Below are positions 51,164 to 61,047 of a stretch of DNA of 64,000 nucleotides, piece by piece. The translations under genes were made by a program, and so were the position numbers. The stretch's first letter is position 1. Each line of letters opens with the position of its first letter. Under the pieces are notes generated by a model. The model did no database searches, was not told the DNA's origin, and was given only the letters and a program-made list of their open reading frames with translations. The stretch covers positions 32,001-96,000 of the forward strand of contig CAVTRY010000011.1 of NCBI GenBank assembly GCA_963737265.1, written 5' to 3'. This DNA is from an uncultured delta proteobacterium. Lineage in GTDB: Bacteria; Myxococcota_A; Polyangia; Fen-1088.

Positions 51164-52405
51164 ATGCTTTCATTGCAAACAAACGTAAGTGCGATTATTT
51201 CTCAGAACAACCTGAACACCACCAGCAATTCCCTCGGCACGGCCATGGAAAGGCTGTCGTCCGGTTACCGCATCAACCGTGCGGCCGACGATGCCGCGGG
51301 CCTCGCCGAAAGTGAACAGATGCAAGCCCAGATCGGCGGTCTGACGCAGGCGGCGCAGAACTCGCAGGACGGCATCTCTATGATTCAGACGGGTGAAGGC
51401 GCGCTGGACCAGATCCAGACCATGATGCAACGCATGCGTTCGCTGGCCGTGCAAGCGGCCTCGGACACCAACGGGCAAGCCGATCGCGATAACATCAATT
51501 TGGAGCTTCAACAGCTGGGCACGGAAATCGATAGCATCTCCCAGCTGAGCCAGTTCAACGGGCAGTCGCTGCTCAATGGTTCGTTGGTTACGTCGCAAAT
51601 TGCTGGAACCCAGGGCTGGGATGGTGCCTCGACCGAGCTGGCGGCTTCCACCACGGCACTAGGCGGCGGCGAAACGATCAACAGCGTCGACGTTGGCGGC
51701 TCGCAGCAGAATATGGGTTACAAGGTTAGTACCCAGAGCACTGCGGGAAACACCATTACTTTGACACAGGTGAATTCGAGCGGCGTGACCACCGGTCTAT
51801 CGCAGACGCTCAATCTGACGGATATCGCGGCTGGCCAGGCCGAGGCGCTAAATTTCTCGGATTTTGGCGTGAAGTTCACCGTGGGCAACGCTGCCAACGC
51901 CGCCGCGCCTGTGGCGGCCTCGACCTTGGTGACCGACCTCGGAGCCACGCTTTCGATTGACGCCGGCACTGGCGCTTCATTTGCGACTCTGCAAACTGGC
52001 TCAAATCAGGGCGATGTAACGACGGTTCAGTTCATGAGCACACGCTTGACTGGTGCGACCGGAAATGCGCCGATGGATGGCTTGGCGCAGGCGTTGAATG
52101 CCTTCAACACGACGGCTTCGGCCGACAATGCGTCGAGTCTCATCACAGCTGTCGACAACGCGCTTGGCTCCATCTCGAGCAACCGAGCCACCCTCGGCGC
52201 CGCCCAGAACCGCCTCAACTATACCATCTCCAACCTGGGGACGGCATCGGAGAACCTTCAGCAAGCCAACAGCCGCATCATGGATGTCGATGTGGCGACG
52301 GAATCGTCGGACATGGCCAAAGAACAGGTCCTGGAACAAGCCGGTGTCTCGGTCTTGGCGCAGGCGAACCAACTGCCGCAGTTGGCGCTCAAGCTCTTGG
52401 CGTAA
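51164..52405 (+). CDS. fliC: Flagellin
   Basis: RLSSGYRINRAADDAAGL, RATLGAAQNRL, SRIMDVDVA, VLAQANQ; AAGGAG RBS. Confidence 0.97.
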   Translation: MLSLQTNVSAIISQNNLNTTSNSLGTAMERLSSGYRINRAADDAAGLAESEQMQAQIGGLTQAAQNSQDGISMIQTGEGALDQIQTMMQRMRSLAVQAASDTNGQADRDNINLELQQLGTEIDSISQLSQFNGQSLLNGSLVTSQIAGTQGWDGASTELAASTTALGGGETINSVDVGGSQQNMGYKVSTQSTAGNTITLTQVNSSGVTTGLSQTLNLTDIAAGQAEALNFSDFGVKFTVGNAANAAAPVAASTLVTDLGATLSIDAGTGASFATLQTGSNQGDVTTVQFMSTRLTGATGNAPMDGLAQALNAFNTTASADNASSLITAVDNALGSISSNRATLGAAQNRLNYTISNLGTASENLQQANSRIMDVDVATESSDMAKEQVLEQAGVSVLAQANQLPQLALKLLA

Positions 52406-52453
52406 TAGTCGGATGTAGTAGTCAGGCGGCCCTTCAACCCAACTCAAGAGAAA

Positions 52454-52484
52454 GCCGCTCCGGGGAGAAAATCCTCGGAGCGGC
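52454..52484 (+). terminator. Stem-loop downstream of flagellin
   Basis: GCCGCTCCGGGGA-GAAAA-TCCTCGGAGCGGC; no U tract on plus strand, so possibly attenuator or mRNA stabiliser. Confidence 0.55.
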
Positions 52485-52535
52485 CGAGCCCGAAGAGAAT
52501 TGACAGCAATCTCGGTGAGAAGTGAGGACGTTACC

Positions 52536-52922
52536 ATGAGCGCATTTTCCCGATACACGAAGGTGAACGTGGAGACATCGTCGGCGCCACAGATCATGAT
52601 CTCACTTTTCCAGGCCGCGTTGCGCAATATGCGAGCATCCGCTGGTGCCTTCGAGCGGGGAGACAAGCGCACGGGCAGTATGTTGGCCGAAAAGGCCGCA
52701 AATATCGTTCTAGGCCTGCGGGGCACTTTGAAACCGGAAGTCGCGCCTGAGCTGTGCGGGCGGTTGACGGAGCTTTACACATTCGTTGCCTGCCATTTGG
52801 GTATAGCTGGAACGAAGTTCTCCATCAAGGATGTGCGTGACGCGGAGCGGGTCTTTACCCCAATCGCGGAGGCGTTTATAGAGGCCGTGGCAAAGTCGTC
52901 AGGCCGCGCGGTGGCCGCTTAA
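52536..52922 (+). CDS. fliS: Flagellin chaperone FliS
   Basis: YTKVNVETSSAPQIMISLF, LTELYTF. Confidence 0.88.
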   Translation: MSAFSRYTKVNVETSSAPQIMISLFQAALRNMRASAGAFERGDKRTGSMLAEKAANIVLGLRGTLKPEVAPELCGRLTELYTFVACHLGIAGTKFSIKDVRDAERVFTPIAEAFIEAVAKSSGRAVAA

Positions 52923-52931
52923 GGGCTAACC

Positions 52932-53219
52932 ATGGCTGCATCGCCCACCGAGCAGTTTCGTGAGCGTCTGCAGAGGGCCGCGGGTTTACTCGAAGTTGGC
53001 GACGTGGCGGGTGCCGCCCGCGTGGCTGCCGAACTGGATGATCTCCAAGGAAGTCTGCCACCCGCGTTGGCGCCGCGCGACCTCGCGGAGGCGCGAAGCC
53101 TTCTAGACCGGTGCGCGGAGCTTGAAAGGGAGCTACGCCAACGTGTGCTAGCGGCAATGAGGCGCCTGGGTGCGGCGCGACGGTCGACAGTCTATTGGAA
53201 CCACGGACGTAGACCTTAA
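52932..53219 (+). CDS. Small helical protein, FliT-like by position
   Basis: 95-aa helical ORF between fliS and fliD. Confidence 0.6.
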   Translation: MAASPTEQFRERLQRAAGLLEVGDVAGAARVAAELDDLQGSLPPALAPRDLAEARSLLDRCAELERELRQRVLAAMRRLGAARRSTVYWNHGRRP

Positions 53220-53243
53220 CGTTGTCGCGAGATATACCGATAA
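53216..53243 (+). promoter_or_regulatory. Putative sigma28 promoter of fliD
   Basis: TTAAC-N15-ACCGATAA. Confidence 0.72.
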
Positions 53244-53261
53244 CCCATTCGGAGGGCAGCC

Positions 53262-54659
53262 ATGACCAGCATTCTATCGACGACTCCATCGACGGCGGCG
53301 CAACTGGCGTCGCTGACGAGCTCGCTTCTGCAGAGCAGTGGCGGCGTCACGTCCAGCATGAATACGACCGAGATTGTTGCGGCGTTGGTGCAGGCGGATT
53401 CGGTGCCCCTACAAAATCTTCAGCAGAAGCAGAGCGACTACCAGGTGCAGATATCGACGTTGGGGAGCTTGGTTTCGCAGTTGCAGGCGTTAGGCACGGC
53501 CGCCTCCGCATTGTCCACTGGCGGCGTGGTGCCCATGCAGGCAAGCTCGACCTACAGTGATTTCAACGTAACCGGTTCCGCACAGGCCGCGGGCAGCTAC
53601 GATATCAGTGTGACCATGCTAGCCCAAGAGGCGAAGATGCGGTCAACGAGCTATACTTCGGCGCAAGACGCATCACTGGTCCCGTCTGGGAACCTGCAAT
53701 TCAACATCGATGGCACGAATACCGCGGTCATCGACACGACAGGGAAGTCGCTGGCAGATGTCGCAGACGCAATCAACCAGGACGTACCACAGCTAACAGC
53801 GTCTGTTGTCGCTGACGGAGCGGGCAATTACTACTTGAACGTTGCCAGAAACACCACGGGCTACGCCACGACATCAAATGCGGCGCTGACCGTCGTCAGC
53901 GATCCGGGGCTGGGACTGACGGTTACGCAGAATGCTCAGAATGCGCAACTCACTGTGGATAAGCTGCCGATTCAGCGAACCACCAACACCATATCCGACA
54001 TCATACCAGGCGTTACTCTAAATCTAACCGGGCAGTCTGGGGCGGATAACAACGTGGTATTTGCCGCGAACAGCAGCGGGTCGACGGCAGCGCTTAGCAA
54101 CTTCGTCAGTGCCTACAATACCCTGGCAACGACTCTGTCCAGTCAGCTCGACGCCGACCCAACGCAGGCGTATGGAAATACCCTCATTGACTACTCGGCT
54201 GCAGCAAGTATCGAAAACTCCATGCAGCAGCTCCTTTCGCAAGTGGTCGTGCCAAGCGGAGCGGTGTGTTCGTTGGCCGACTTGGGGTTGGAATTGCAAC
54301 AGAACGGAACCCTCAATCTAAATACGACGACTCTGAACAATGCAATCGCAACGAACCCGGGTGCGGTCAATGCAATATTTTCGACCGCGACAACCGGGAT
54401 AGCCGCGTCGGTTCAGGCGCTCGTCGACAGCCAGACTAACCCAACGACGGGAGCATTGGTGAATGAGGAGAGCTCATTAAACTCGAGCATTTCCGACATG
54501 AGCACTGAAGAGACGGACATGCAAAACAACCTCAATCTGGAGCAGGCGACGCTGACCGCGCAGTTCACGGCCATGCAGCAGCTCGTGAGCAGCTTTACCC
54601 GGGCGAATAGCTACCTTACGGCGGTCCAGAGTCTCCAGAATAGCAACGCGTCGGGATAG
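53262..54659 (+). CDS. fliD: Filament cap protein FliD
   Basis: YDISVTMLAQ, AQNAQLTVD, IPGVTLNL, FVSAYN, AQFTAM. Confidence 0.93.
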   Translation: MTSILSTTPSTAAQLASLTSSLLQSSGGVTSSMNTTEIVAALVQADSVPLQNLQQKQSDYQVQISTLGSLVSQLQALGTAASALSTGGVVPMQASSTYSDFNVTGSAQAAGSYDISVTMLAQEAKMRSTSYTSAQDASLVPSGNLQFNIDGTNTAVIDTTGKSLADVADAINQDVPQLTASVVADGAGNYYLNVARNTTGYATTSNAALTVVSDPGLGLTVTQNAQNAQLTVDKLPIQRTTNTISDIIPGVTLNLTGQSGADNNVVFAANSSGSTAALSNFVSAYNTLATTLSSQLDADPTQAYGNTLIDYSAAASIENSMQQLLSQVVVPSGAVCSLADLGLELQQNGTLNLNTTTLNNAIATNPGAVNAIFSTATTGIAASVQALVDSQTNPTTGALVNEESSLNSSISDMSTEETDMQNNLNLEQATLTAQFTAMQQLVSSFTRANSYLTAVQSLQNSNASG

Positions 54660-54728
54660 TCAGACGGTCCCGAAGACGCCCGAACGGCGACGCGGAGAAT
54701 TTCGCCACGGGCTACCGGTGCTCTCGAC

Positions 54729-54756
54729 TCAAGAAAGGCGTGCGAGCCGCCGACGG
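54729..54756 (+). promoter_or_regulatory. Putative sigma28 promoter of GT41 gene
   Basis: TCAAG-N15-GCCGACGG, 15 nt before ATG 54772. Confidence 0.6.
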
Positions 54757-54771
54757 TAGTCCCTAATCGCG

Positions 54772-56907
54772 ATGAGTACAAATGCCAAGCTGCGTGGCCG
54801 TCAGGCCGAGGTGAAGGGGCATGCCGAAAGAAGGGCGGCAAAATTCTGCGCTCAAGCCAAGGTCGCGTTGGCTCGAGGAGACTTGAACGCGGCAGAGAAA
54901 GCGTATGTCGCGGCGATAGGGCTCGGGTCTCAGGACCTTGACGCGCACAACAATCTCGCGGCGATCTATGACAAGAAGGGATCGAAGGCAGAGGAGGAGC
55001 TGGCCTTGCTGGGCAAGGCGGCTTCTCTGGCCCCTCAAAACGCACTCGTTCGGCAAAATCTTGTGAAGGTCCTGCGGAGAGAGGCGTGCTCGCTCGATCA
55101 AGCTGGTCGATTGCAGGAGGCGCTAGGGCTGTTCTTGCGTTGGGCGGAGGTCGACCCCGATTCGGCGGCAGCGCAGCGCGCGGTTGGTTACTGCTATAGC
55201 AAGCTGAGACAGTGGAGGACTGCCATCCAATACTTTACGGTTGCGATCAATCGCGAGCCAGAAAATGCGACCTACTACTGCGATCTTGGCCTGGCGTGCT
55301 TCGAGCTGGGGCTACTGGCCGAGGCGAAGGGAGCGTTTCAGCGAGTCCTAGAACTGGATCCGAAGTCGGTCTATGCGTTTACGCATTTGGGTCTTATTGC
55401 GAATCTCACGGGTATGATGTGGGTCGCCGTCAATATGACGAGGCGGGCGTTGGAAATCGATCCGAATTGCGGCCAGGCGCACAACAATTTAGCGCTATTC
55501 ATGCGGGACCAGGGCGCACTTGCCGAGTGCCGGCGCCACTACCAGGAGGCCGTTCGGCTAAGGCCCGACGACGCGAAGATATATTCCGGGTACCTCTTGT
55601 CTCTCAATGACGATCCGGACGCCGATCAGAACTGGGTAGCAGCAGAACACCGGCGATTTGAGCGAATTGTCAAGCGGAGCGGCCGTATGTTGGGCGCCCG
55701 GTCGCTGGACCCAGAAAGACGTCTGCGGATAGCGTATTTGTCTCCGGATTTTCGGACGCATTCGGTAGCCTTCTTTATCGCGGCCGTTCTTGAAGAGCAC
55801 GACCGAAGTGCCGTTGAAATTACGTGCTATGCGACTGGCAACAAGGACGACGAGATGACCGCGCGGATACGCGCCGCGGCTGAGCGTTGGCGCGAGGCGT
55901 ACAGGATGAGTGATAGCGAGCTTGCCGCTCTGATCCAAGAGGATGCTATCGATGTCATCGTCGAGCTGTCGGGTCATACGGGGAATAGCCGACTGGCAAT
56001 GCTCTCGGAACGGACCGCTCCGGTCCAGATTACCTATCTCGGGTATCCGAATACGACGGGACTGGAGAGCATGGACTACCGCATCACAGACGCCGTTGCA
56101 GACCCTGAGGGCGATGGCGACGTCTGGTGTACAGAGAAATTGGTGAGACTGGAAGGGGGATTTCTCGCGTATTCACCGCCCTCCTACGCCAGAGACCTTG
56201 AAGTCGGCGAATTGCCCTTCCGAAAAACGGGCCGAATAACTTTCGGCAGCTTCAACAATCTTGCCAAGATCAACGACAAGGTGCTTGAATGTTGGGCGGC
56301 GATTCTTGCCCGGGTGCAAGGCAGCAGAATTCTCCTTAAGGCACGCGGTTTGCGCGACGAGAGAATCAAGGAGCGGATGTTGACGGCGCTCGCCAACGGC
56401 GGCGCGATTGTGGGTGAACGAGTGTGCCTGATGGGACACGAACGGTCGATTGAGAAGCATTTGCGAATGTATAACGAGGTGGATTTGGCGCTAGACACGT
56501 TCCCATACAACGGCACAACCACGACTTGCGAAGCGATGTGGATGGGCGTACCTGTCGTGACCTTGGCGGGCCGTTGTCACGCTGGAAGGGTGGGGGCGAG
56601 CCTGCTAACAAGAGTAGGGTTGGAGGGATGGGTAGCCAGTGACCGAGCGGACTATATAGAGAAGGCTGCGTCTTGGGCAGGGAACCCCGCCGGCCTGGCC
56701 GAATTGCGCATGGGATTGCGTGAGAGACTTCGAGCCTCGCCATTGATGGATGCCAAGCGTGTTGCGCGGAGGTTGGAGGCAGTTTACCGCGAGGCCTGGC
56801 GGACCTACTGTGGAAAACCCCAAAGTGGAGGCATCCGAGCGGGGGCAAGAGGCCGCAGTGGGAACGCCGCACGTGCGGGAAATTGGGACCTTCCGGACAT
56901 CGATTAG
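54772..56907 (+). CDS. TPR-containing GT41 protein O-glycosyltransferase (SPINDLY/OGT family)
   Basis: N-terminal TPRs; RIAYLSPDFRTHSVAFF, ELSGHT, APVQITYLGYPNTTG, TFGSFNNLAK, LDTFPYNGTTTTCEAMWMGVP. Confidence 0.93.
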   Translation: MSTNAKLRGRQAEVKGHAERRAAKFCAQAKVALARGDLNAAEKAYVAAIGLGSQDLDAHNNLAAIYDKKGSKAEEELALLGKAASLAPQNALVRQNLVKVLRREACSLDQAGRLQEALGLFLRWAEVDPDSAAAQRAVGYCYSKLRQWRTAIQYFTVAINREPENATYYCDLGLACFELGLLAEAKGAFQRVLELDPKSVYAFTHLGLIANLTGMMWVAVNMTRRALEIDPNCGQAHNNLALFMRDQGALAECRRHYQEAVRLRPDDAKIYSGYLLSLNDDPDADQNWVAAEHRRFERIVKRSGRMLGARSLDPERRLRIAYLSPDFRTHSVAFFIAAVLEEHDRSAVEITCYATGNKDDEMTARIRAAAERWREAYRMSDSELAALIQEDAIDVIVELSGHTGNSRLAMLSERTAPVQITYLGYPNTTGLESMDYRITDAVADPEGDGDVWCTEKLVRLEGGFLAYSPPSYARDLEVGELPFRKTGRITFGSFNNLAKINDKVLECWAAILARVQGSRILLKARGLRDERIKERMLTALANGGAIVGERVCLMGHERSIEKHLRMYNEVDLALDTFPYNGTTTTCEAMWMGVPVVTLAGRCHAGRVGASLLTRVGLEGWVASDRADYIEKAASWAGNPAGLAELRMGLRERLRASPLMDAKRVARRLEAVYREAWRTYCGKPQSGGIRAGARGRSGNAARAGNWDLPDID

Positions 56908-58871
56908 GAAGCAGCTCGCAGCGCCTCTGGGTGGTGCTGTGGAAGAAATGAGGCGATCGGCAGCGAGCGATTAAGGAATCCAATCTGGCGGGCGAGAATT
57001 CCCTTGCGCTCGTCCGAAGACACCACGACATCCAGATAGGTGGTGGCTGTAACACCGATCGAGCGCAAATGTCGGGATTTGCCGAGATACTTCTCGCGTG
57101 GGCCGTCGGCGCCTAGGAGGGTGAGTCGCGCGGCCATCTGTTCGAATAGAGTCGGGTTGTAGGGATCCGCCACGATTAGGTGTTCGAGCAGACGGGCGGC
57201 GGCCACGGGATTGCTGCAGAAATCTGCGAGGCGAATGAGCAGATTCCAGGCGTAGGTGTTGGTTGGGTCTAGCAACAGGATCTTTTGGCTGGCGGCCTCA
57301 AGCTCCCGCACCAAAACACCGGATGCTTCCAGACGCCCCGCTGAAGCTACGGCGACCAGTGCCTCAGGTGGGGGACATAGCCGTACAACAAGGGGTACTC
57401 GGTATGCGCGGTTGCAGTCCGGACAGCTGATGCTTGCTAGCATTCCAGGCGTACCCGTGAGGGTATAATTGCGACCTTGCGCTCCGCAATAGGGACAAGC
57501 GCAGGTCGCCGTTACGACTTTGGGGTCGGAGGAATTGAGGTCAAGAAGCTTTCCGGCGAAGCCGAATGAAACGATTGCACGGCTCGTGAGCAACCGGGAG
57601 GCAAGGAAAGCCTCGTCGGACATGGAGGTCGCATTGATTTCTGAATTTCCGGAGAGAAGGTAGGCGACGGGGTCGGCGATGAGGCCGCGGGCGAGTGCGT
57701 CGTCATAGATGCGCGAACCCGGGTGATAGCCGATATTCGCGAAGCGAAAATTGTATTGCGGATGGTTGCTGAACCATTCGAGCGACTCGGTCACGGTCTC
57801 GAGCGTTTCGGCCGGATCGCCAAAGATAAGGTTAGACCAAATGCCAATCTTGGCGTCGTAGATTTGCGGCAGCAGCAGCTCCAGTTGCTGCTTCGTCGTT
57901 CGCTTCTGCATGCTCTTCAAGACCGTAGGGCTCATGCTTTCAACGCCCACGCTAATGCAGCAGCAGCCGCTATCCTTCATCAGCTTCAGAACGTCAGGAT
58001 TGAGTTGTCCAGCGGTCATCGAGCATTCCCAGCGCAGTCCGAGTTTGGCGATTCGCCGACAAAAGTCCTCCAGGCGAGAACGCTGCAAACAGAACAGGTC
58101 GTCGTAGACGAAGACAGCGTTAATCCCGTAGCGGACTACTGCCGCCTGAACTTCTGCAAACACGTCGTCAAGGGACCGCAGGCGATAGCGCCGTCCAGCT
58201 GCCTCGTGACAACAAAAGGTGCAGGAGTACGGGCATCCTCTGCTGGTCAGGATCGGCATGACCCGCGTGTTCTTGTCGACGACCAGACCTGGGGCGCATT
58301 CACCCGGACGATGCAGTCCAGCGTAGACGTCGAGGCCCAGTCCCTCGTAGTCGACCCACGGCAGCGTGTCAAGATTCTCTTCGATGAGGCGCGGCTCGGT
58401 GAGCTTGAGGACGTCGGGATTTCCGGGCTCGCGATAGATCAGGCCGTTGACGTTGAACGGTTCTTGTCCGATGGCGAGAGCGGCTGCCAGTTCCACGCTG
58501 GTATGCTCGCCTTCTCCGATGACGCCATAGTCGGCTTCGGGAACGGCATTCATGACGACCTGGGGCTGGTTGGAAACGAGTGGACCGCCGACGACGATCT
58601 TGGCGGCGGGAAGCTTCTGACGCGCTAGCGCAGCCGCGTGCTTGATTTCAGCCAGGTGGAAGGCCATACCTCCCAGCGCGACGATGTTGGGTTGGCGGCG
58701 ATCGAGCTCCTCCGACACCAAATCATCCAATGACTCGCGGGAGTGGTTGGGATTCAGGAGGACGACATCGTGGCCGGCGTGCTTGAGGCTGGCCGAAACG
58801 TAGCCAATCCCGAGGGGAAGATGGTAGGTGCCCAAATGCGTCTGTCGGCAAACGATGATTAGAATTCTCAT
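56904..58871 (-). CDS. Cobalamin-dependent radical SAM protein with C-terminal zinc ribbon and TPR-like helices
   Basis: PLGIGYVSASL and VVGGP (B12 domain), SRGCPYSCTFC, YDDLF, GVES, then CPYC...CPDC and LDPTN/ADPYNP. Confidence 0.92.
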   Translation of the reverse strand: MRILIIVCRQTHLGTYHLPLGIGYVSASLKHAGHDVVLLNPNHSRESLDDLVSEELDRRQPNIVALGGMAFHLAEIKHAAALARQKLPAAKIVVGGPLVSNQPQVVMNAVPEADYGVIGEGEHTSVELAAALAIGQEPFNVNGLIYREPGNPDVLKLTEPRLIEENLDTLPWVDYEGLGLDVYAGLHRPGECAPGLVVDKNTRVMPILTSRGCPYSCTFCCHEAAGRRYRLRSLDDVFAEVQAAVVRYGINAVFVYDDLFCLQRSRLEDFCRRIAKLGLRWECSMTAGQLNPDVLKLMKDSGCCCISVGVESMSPTVLKSMQKRTTKQQLELLLPQIYDAKIGIWSNLIFGDPAETLETVTESLEWFSNHPQYNFRFANIGYHPGSRIYDDALARGLIADPVAYLLSGNSEINATSMSDEAFLASRLLTSRAIVSFGFAGKLLDLNSSDPKVVTATCACPYCGAQGRNYTLTGTPGMLASISCPDCNRAYRVPLVVRLCPPPEALVAVASAGRLEASGVLVRELEAASQKILLLDPTNTYAWNLLIRLADFCSNPVAAARLLEHLIVADPYNPTLFEQMAARLTLLGADGPREKYLGKSRHLRSIGVTATTYLDVVVSSDERKGILARQIGFLNRSLPIASFLPQHHPEALRAAS

Positions 58872-58884
58872 TGAGGGTCACTCG

Positions 58885-59424
58885 TCAGGTCGATTGTTTG
58901 CCGGGCTTGGTTGCGATGACATTCAAACTGATGGGAATCCCTTTGAATCGCATCGCGCTCGTATCGTTGAATAGGTCGAAGCCAGAAACCCTGCGCGGAT
59001 GGGCGAATCCTGCGCGGGATAGAAAACAGGCAAGAAACTCCTCGTTGAAACCCACCAAATGGTAGTCGTGTTGGTCGATGTGGCCGCCGAACAGCATACG
59101 CATGACAAAGAACCGCTCTTCCAGCGTCAGGTCCTCCTTGACCAGAAGCAACTTGGCCAGAACTTCGAGATCGGGAACGCTGACGTAGAGGGTTCCGCGC
59201 GGCGCCAGTACGCGCGCCCACTCCTTGAGCGCGTGGTCAAGCTCGCCAGCGTAGTCAAAATGCTCAAGGGTGTGCGAGGCGTAGATCTCGGCAAAAGCGT
59301 CATCCGCAAATCTGGAGAGGTCGTTCGCATTGCCGACATGGTCTACGTGGGGGCCGGCAGTGATATTGAAGATTTCCCAGCCTGTGGCGGGAGCCGTGCC
59401 GCCGATATGAAGCTTCTTCAGCAT
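58885..59424 (-). CDS. Class I SAM-dependent methyltransferase-like protein
   Basis: KLHIGG, IYASHTLEH, EWARVLAPRGTLYVSVPDL. Confidence 0.88.
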   Translation of the reverse strand: MLKKLHIGGTAPATGWEIFNITAGPHVDHVGNANDLSRFADDAFAEIYASHTLEHFDYAGELDHALKEWARVLAPRGTLYVSVPDLEVLAKLLLVKEDLTLEERFFVMRMLFGGHIDQHDYHLVGFNEEFLACFLSRAGFAHPRRVSGFDLFNDTSAMRFKGIPISLNVIATKPGKQST

Positions 59425-59493
59425 TGTGAGACTACCTTTCGGGTATTTGCCGCACTCCTGGTCCAATCGTGAAAATATTTGAGAGGCTAGCCG

Positions 59494-60270
59494 TCACTTC
59501 GCAATCGCATCCAAATTGTCCGTTGCGCGAACCTCGACCACGAGATCGATGCGGCGGTTGAGCTCGCGCCCGCCCGGTGTGTCGTTGGTGGCTATGGGGC
59601 GACTGTCGGCGTATCCGGCGGCGCTTAGAAGGTTGCTTGGGATGCGGTGAGCACGTTCGAGGTAGCTGGTTACCGACGCCGCGCGCGAGGACGAAAGGTC
59701 CCAATTGTCGCGAAAACGCGCGCCGATTACCAGTGTGTCGTCGGTGTGACCCTCGATGCGGATGGGGCGGCGCAGCCGCGCGAGCTCGTCGGCAACGACA
59801 TCGAGCACTGGGATGACCTCCGGTCGAAGAGCGGCTTGCATGGGATCGAAAAAGTGAGCCACGGACAACCGCACCATCAGCTTGCGTCCGTCAATGTGCA
59901 GGGTGACCGCCGTGGTCATGCCCGGCTTCTCCACCAGGAAGCCTTTGAACTTCTTTTCCATCCGGCGACGCATGGCCTCGATGGCCTCCACTTGCTTTTG
60001 CGAGGGCTTCTCGGAGTCGGAGAGATTGGCCATGCAGCCACCTTCACTGGCTGGGCCATCGAAGATGGGCATGGTGTCCACGCCGCCCTCGCCCTTGAAG
60101 TGCATAGCGAACTTGATCGACTTCATAACGTCGATCATGCGCTTGTTGTCAATTCTGCTGGTCGAATAGAGAACGACAAAAAAGGCGAAAAGAAGGGTGA
60201 TGAAGTCGGCATAGGAAACCAGCCAGCGTTCGTGATTTTCATGGTCTTCGTGTGTTTCGCGCTTGGCCAA
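59494..60270 (-). CDS. motB: Stator protein MotB
   Basis: WLVSYADFITLL, IEGHTD, NWDLSSSRA, NRRIDL. Confidence 0.96.
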   Translation of the reverse strand: MAKRETHEDHENHERWLVSYADFITLLFAFFVVLYSTSRIDNKRMIDVMKSIKFAMHFKGEGGVDTMPIFDGPASEGGCMANLSDSEKPSQKQVEAIEAMRRRMEKKFKGFLVEKPGMTTAVTLHIDGRKLMVRLSVAHFFDPMQAALRPEVIPVLDVVADELARLRRPIRIEGHTDDTLVIGARFRDNWDLSSSRAASVTSYLERAHRIPSNLLSAAGYADSRPIATNDTPGGRELNRRIDLVVEVRATDNLDAIAK

Positions 60271-60273
60271 GGG

Positions 60274-61044
60274 TTACTCTTTCGCGGGTTGAGGGGCGCC
60301 GTGAAGACCCGCGTAAGCAAGAAGCTTTTCGCGAAGCACGCGTGGGTTTAGGCCGGCCTGGATCGACAGCGCGCCCTCGGCGATGAGCACGCGGCGCTCC
60401 TTTTCGATCGCTAGCTTGCGCTTGATCTTGTTGGCAAGCGGCAGGAAGAGGAGGTTGGCACTGCCGACGCCATAGACGGTGGCAACGAATGCGGTTGCGA
60501 TGCCACTGCCGAGCTTCGACGGGTCGTTGAGGTTCTCCATGACGTGAATGAGGCCGAGCACGGCGCCCAGAATGCCCACGGTGGGGGCATAGCCGCCCAT
60601 CGCCTCGAATACCTTGGCGCCGACGGTTCCTTCCTCGAATTCGCGCACGATCTCGGTTTCCAAGGAATCGCGGGCCACTGTCGCGTCGACACCGTCGACG
60701 ATGAAGCCGACAGCTCGTTTCAGAAACGGATCTTTCAATTCAGGCAAGCGCTGCTCGAGAGCGAGCACGCCATCGCGGCGAGCCACGCCCGCCAAGTCGA
60801 CGATTTGGTCGAGTATTTGTTGCAGGTCGCTCTTCCGTTGCGTAAGAGTCCCGGCGCCCATCTTGATACCTCGGATGAATTCCTTGATGGGGAAGGACAC
60901 CATGACCGCGCCGATGGTGCCGCCAAATACAATCATGGCGGCGGTCAGTTGCAGGATCGAGCTGACGTGGCCGCCCTCGATTGCCTGGCCGACCAGGATC
61001 ATTCCTATGGCAAAGACAAGCCCGCCGATGGTACCGAAATCCAT
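60274..61044 (-). CDS. motA: Stator protein MotA
   Basis: ARRDGVLALE, GGYAPTVGILGAVLGLI, AFVATVYG, GLNPR. Confidence 0.96.
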   Translation of the reverse strand: MDFGTIGGLVFAIGMILVGQAIEGGHVSSILQLTAAMIVFGGTIGAVMVSFPIKEFIRGIKMGAGTLTQRKSDLQQILDQIVDLAGVARRDGVLALEQRLPELKDPFLKRAVGFIVDGVDATVARDSLETEIVREFEEGTVGAKVFEAMGGYAPTVGILGAVLGLIHVMENLNDPSKLGSGIATAFVATVYGVGSANLLFLPLANKIKRKLAIEKERRVLIAEGALSIQAGLNPRVLREKLLAYAGLHGAPQPAKE

Positions 61045-61047
61045 CAG

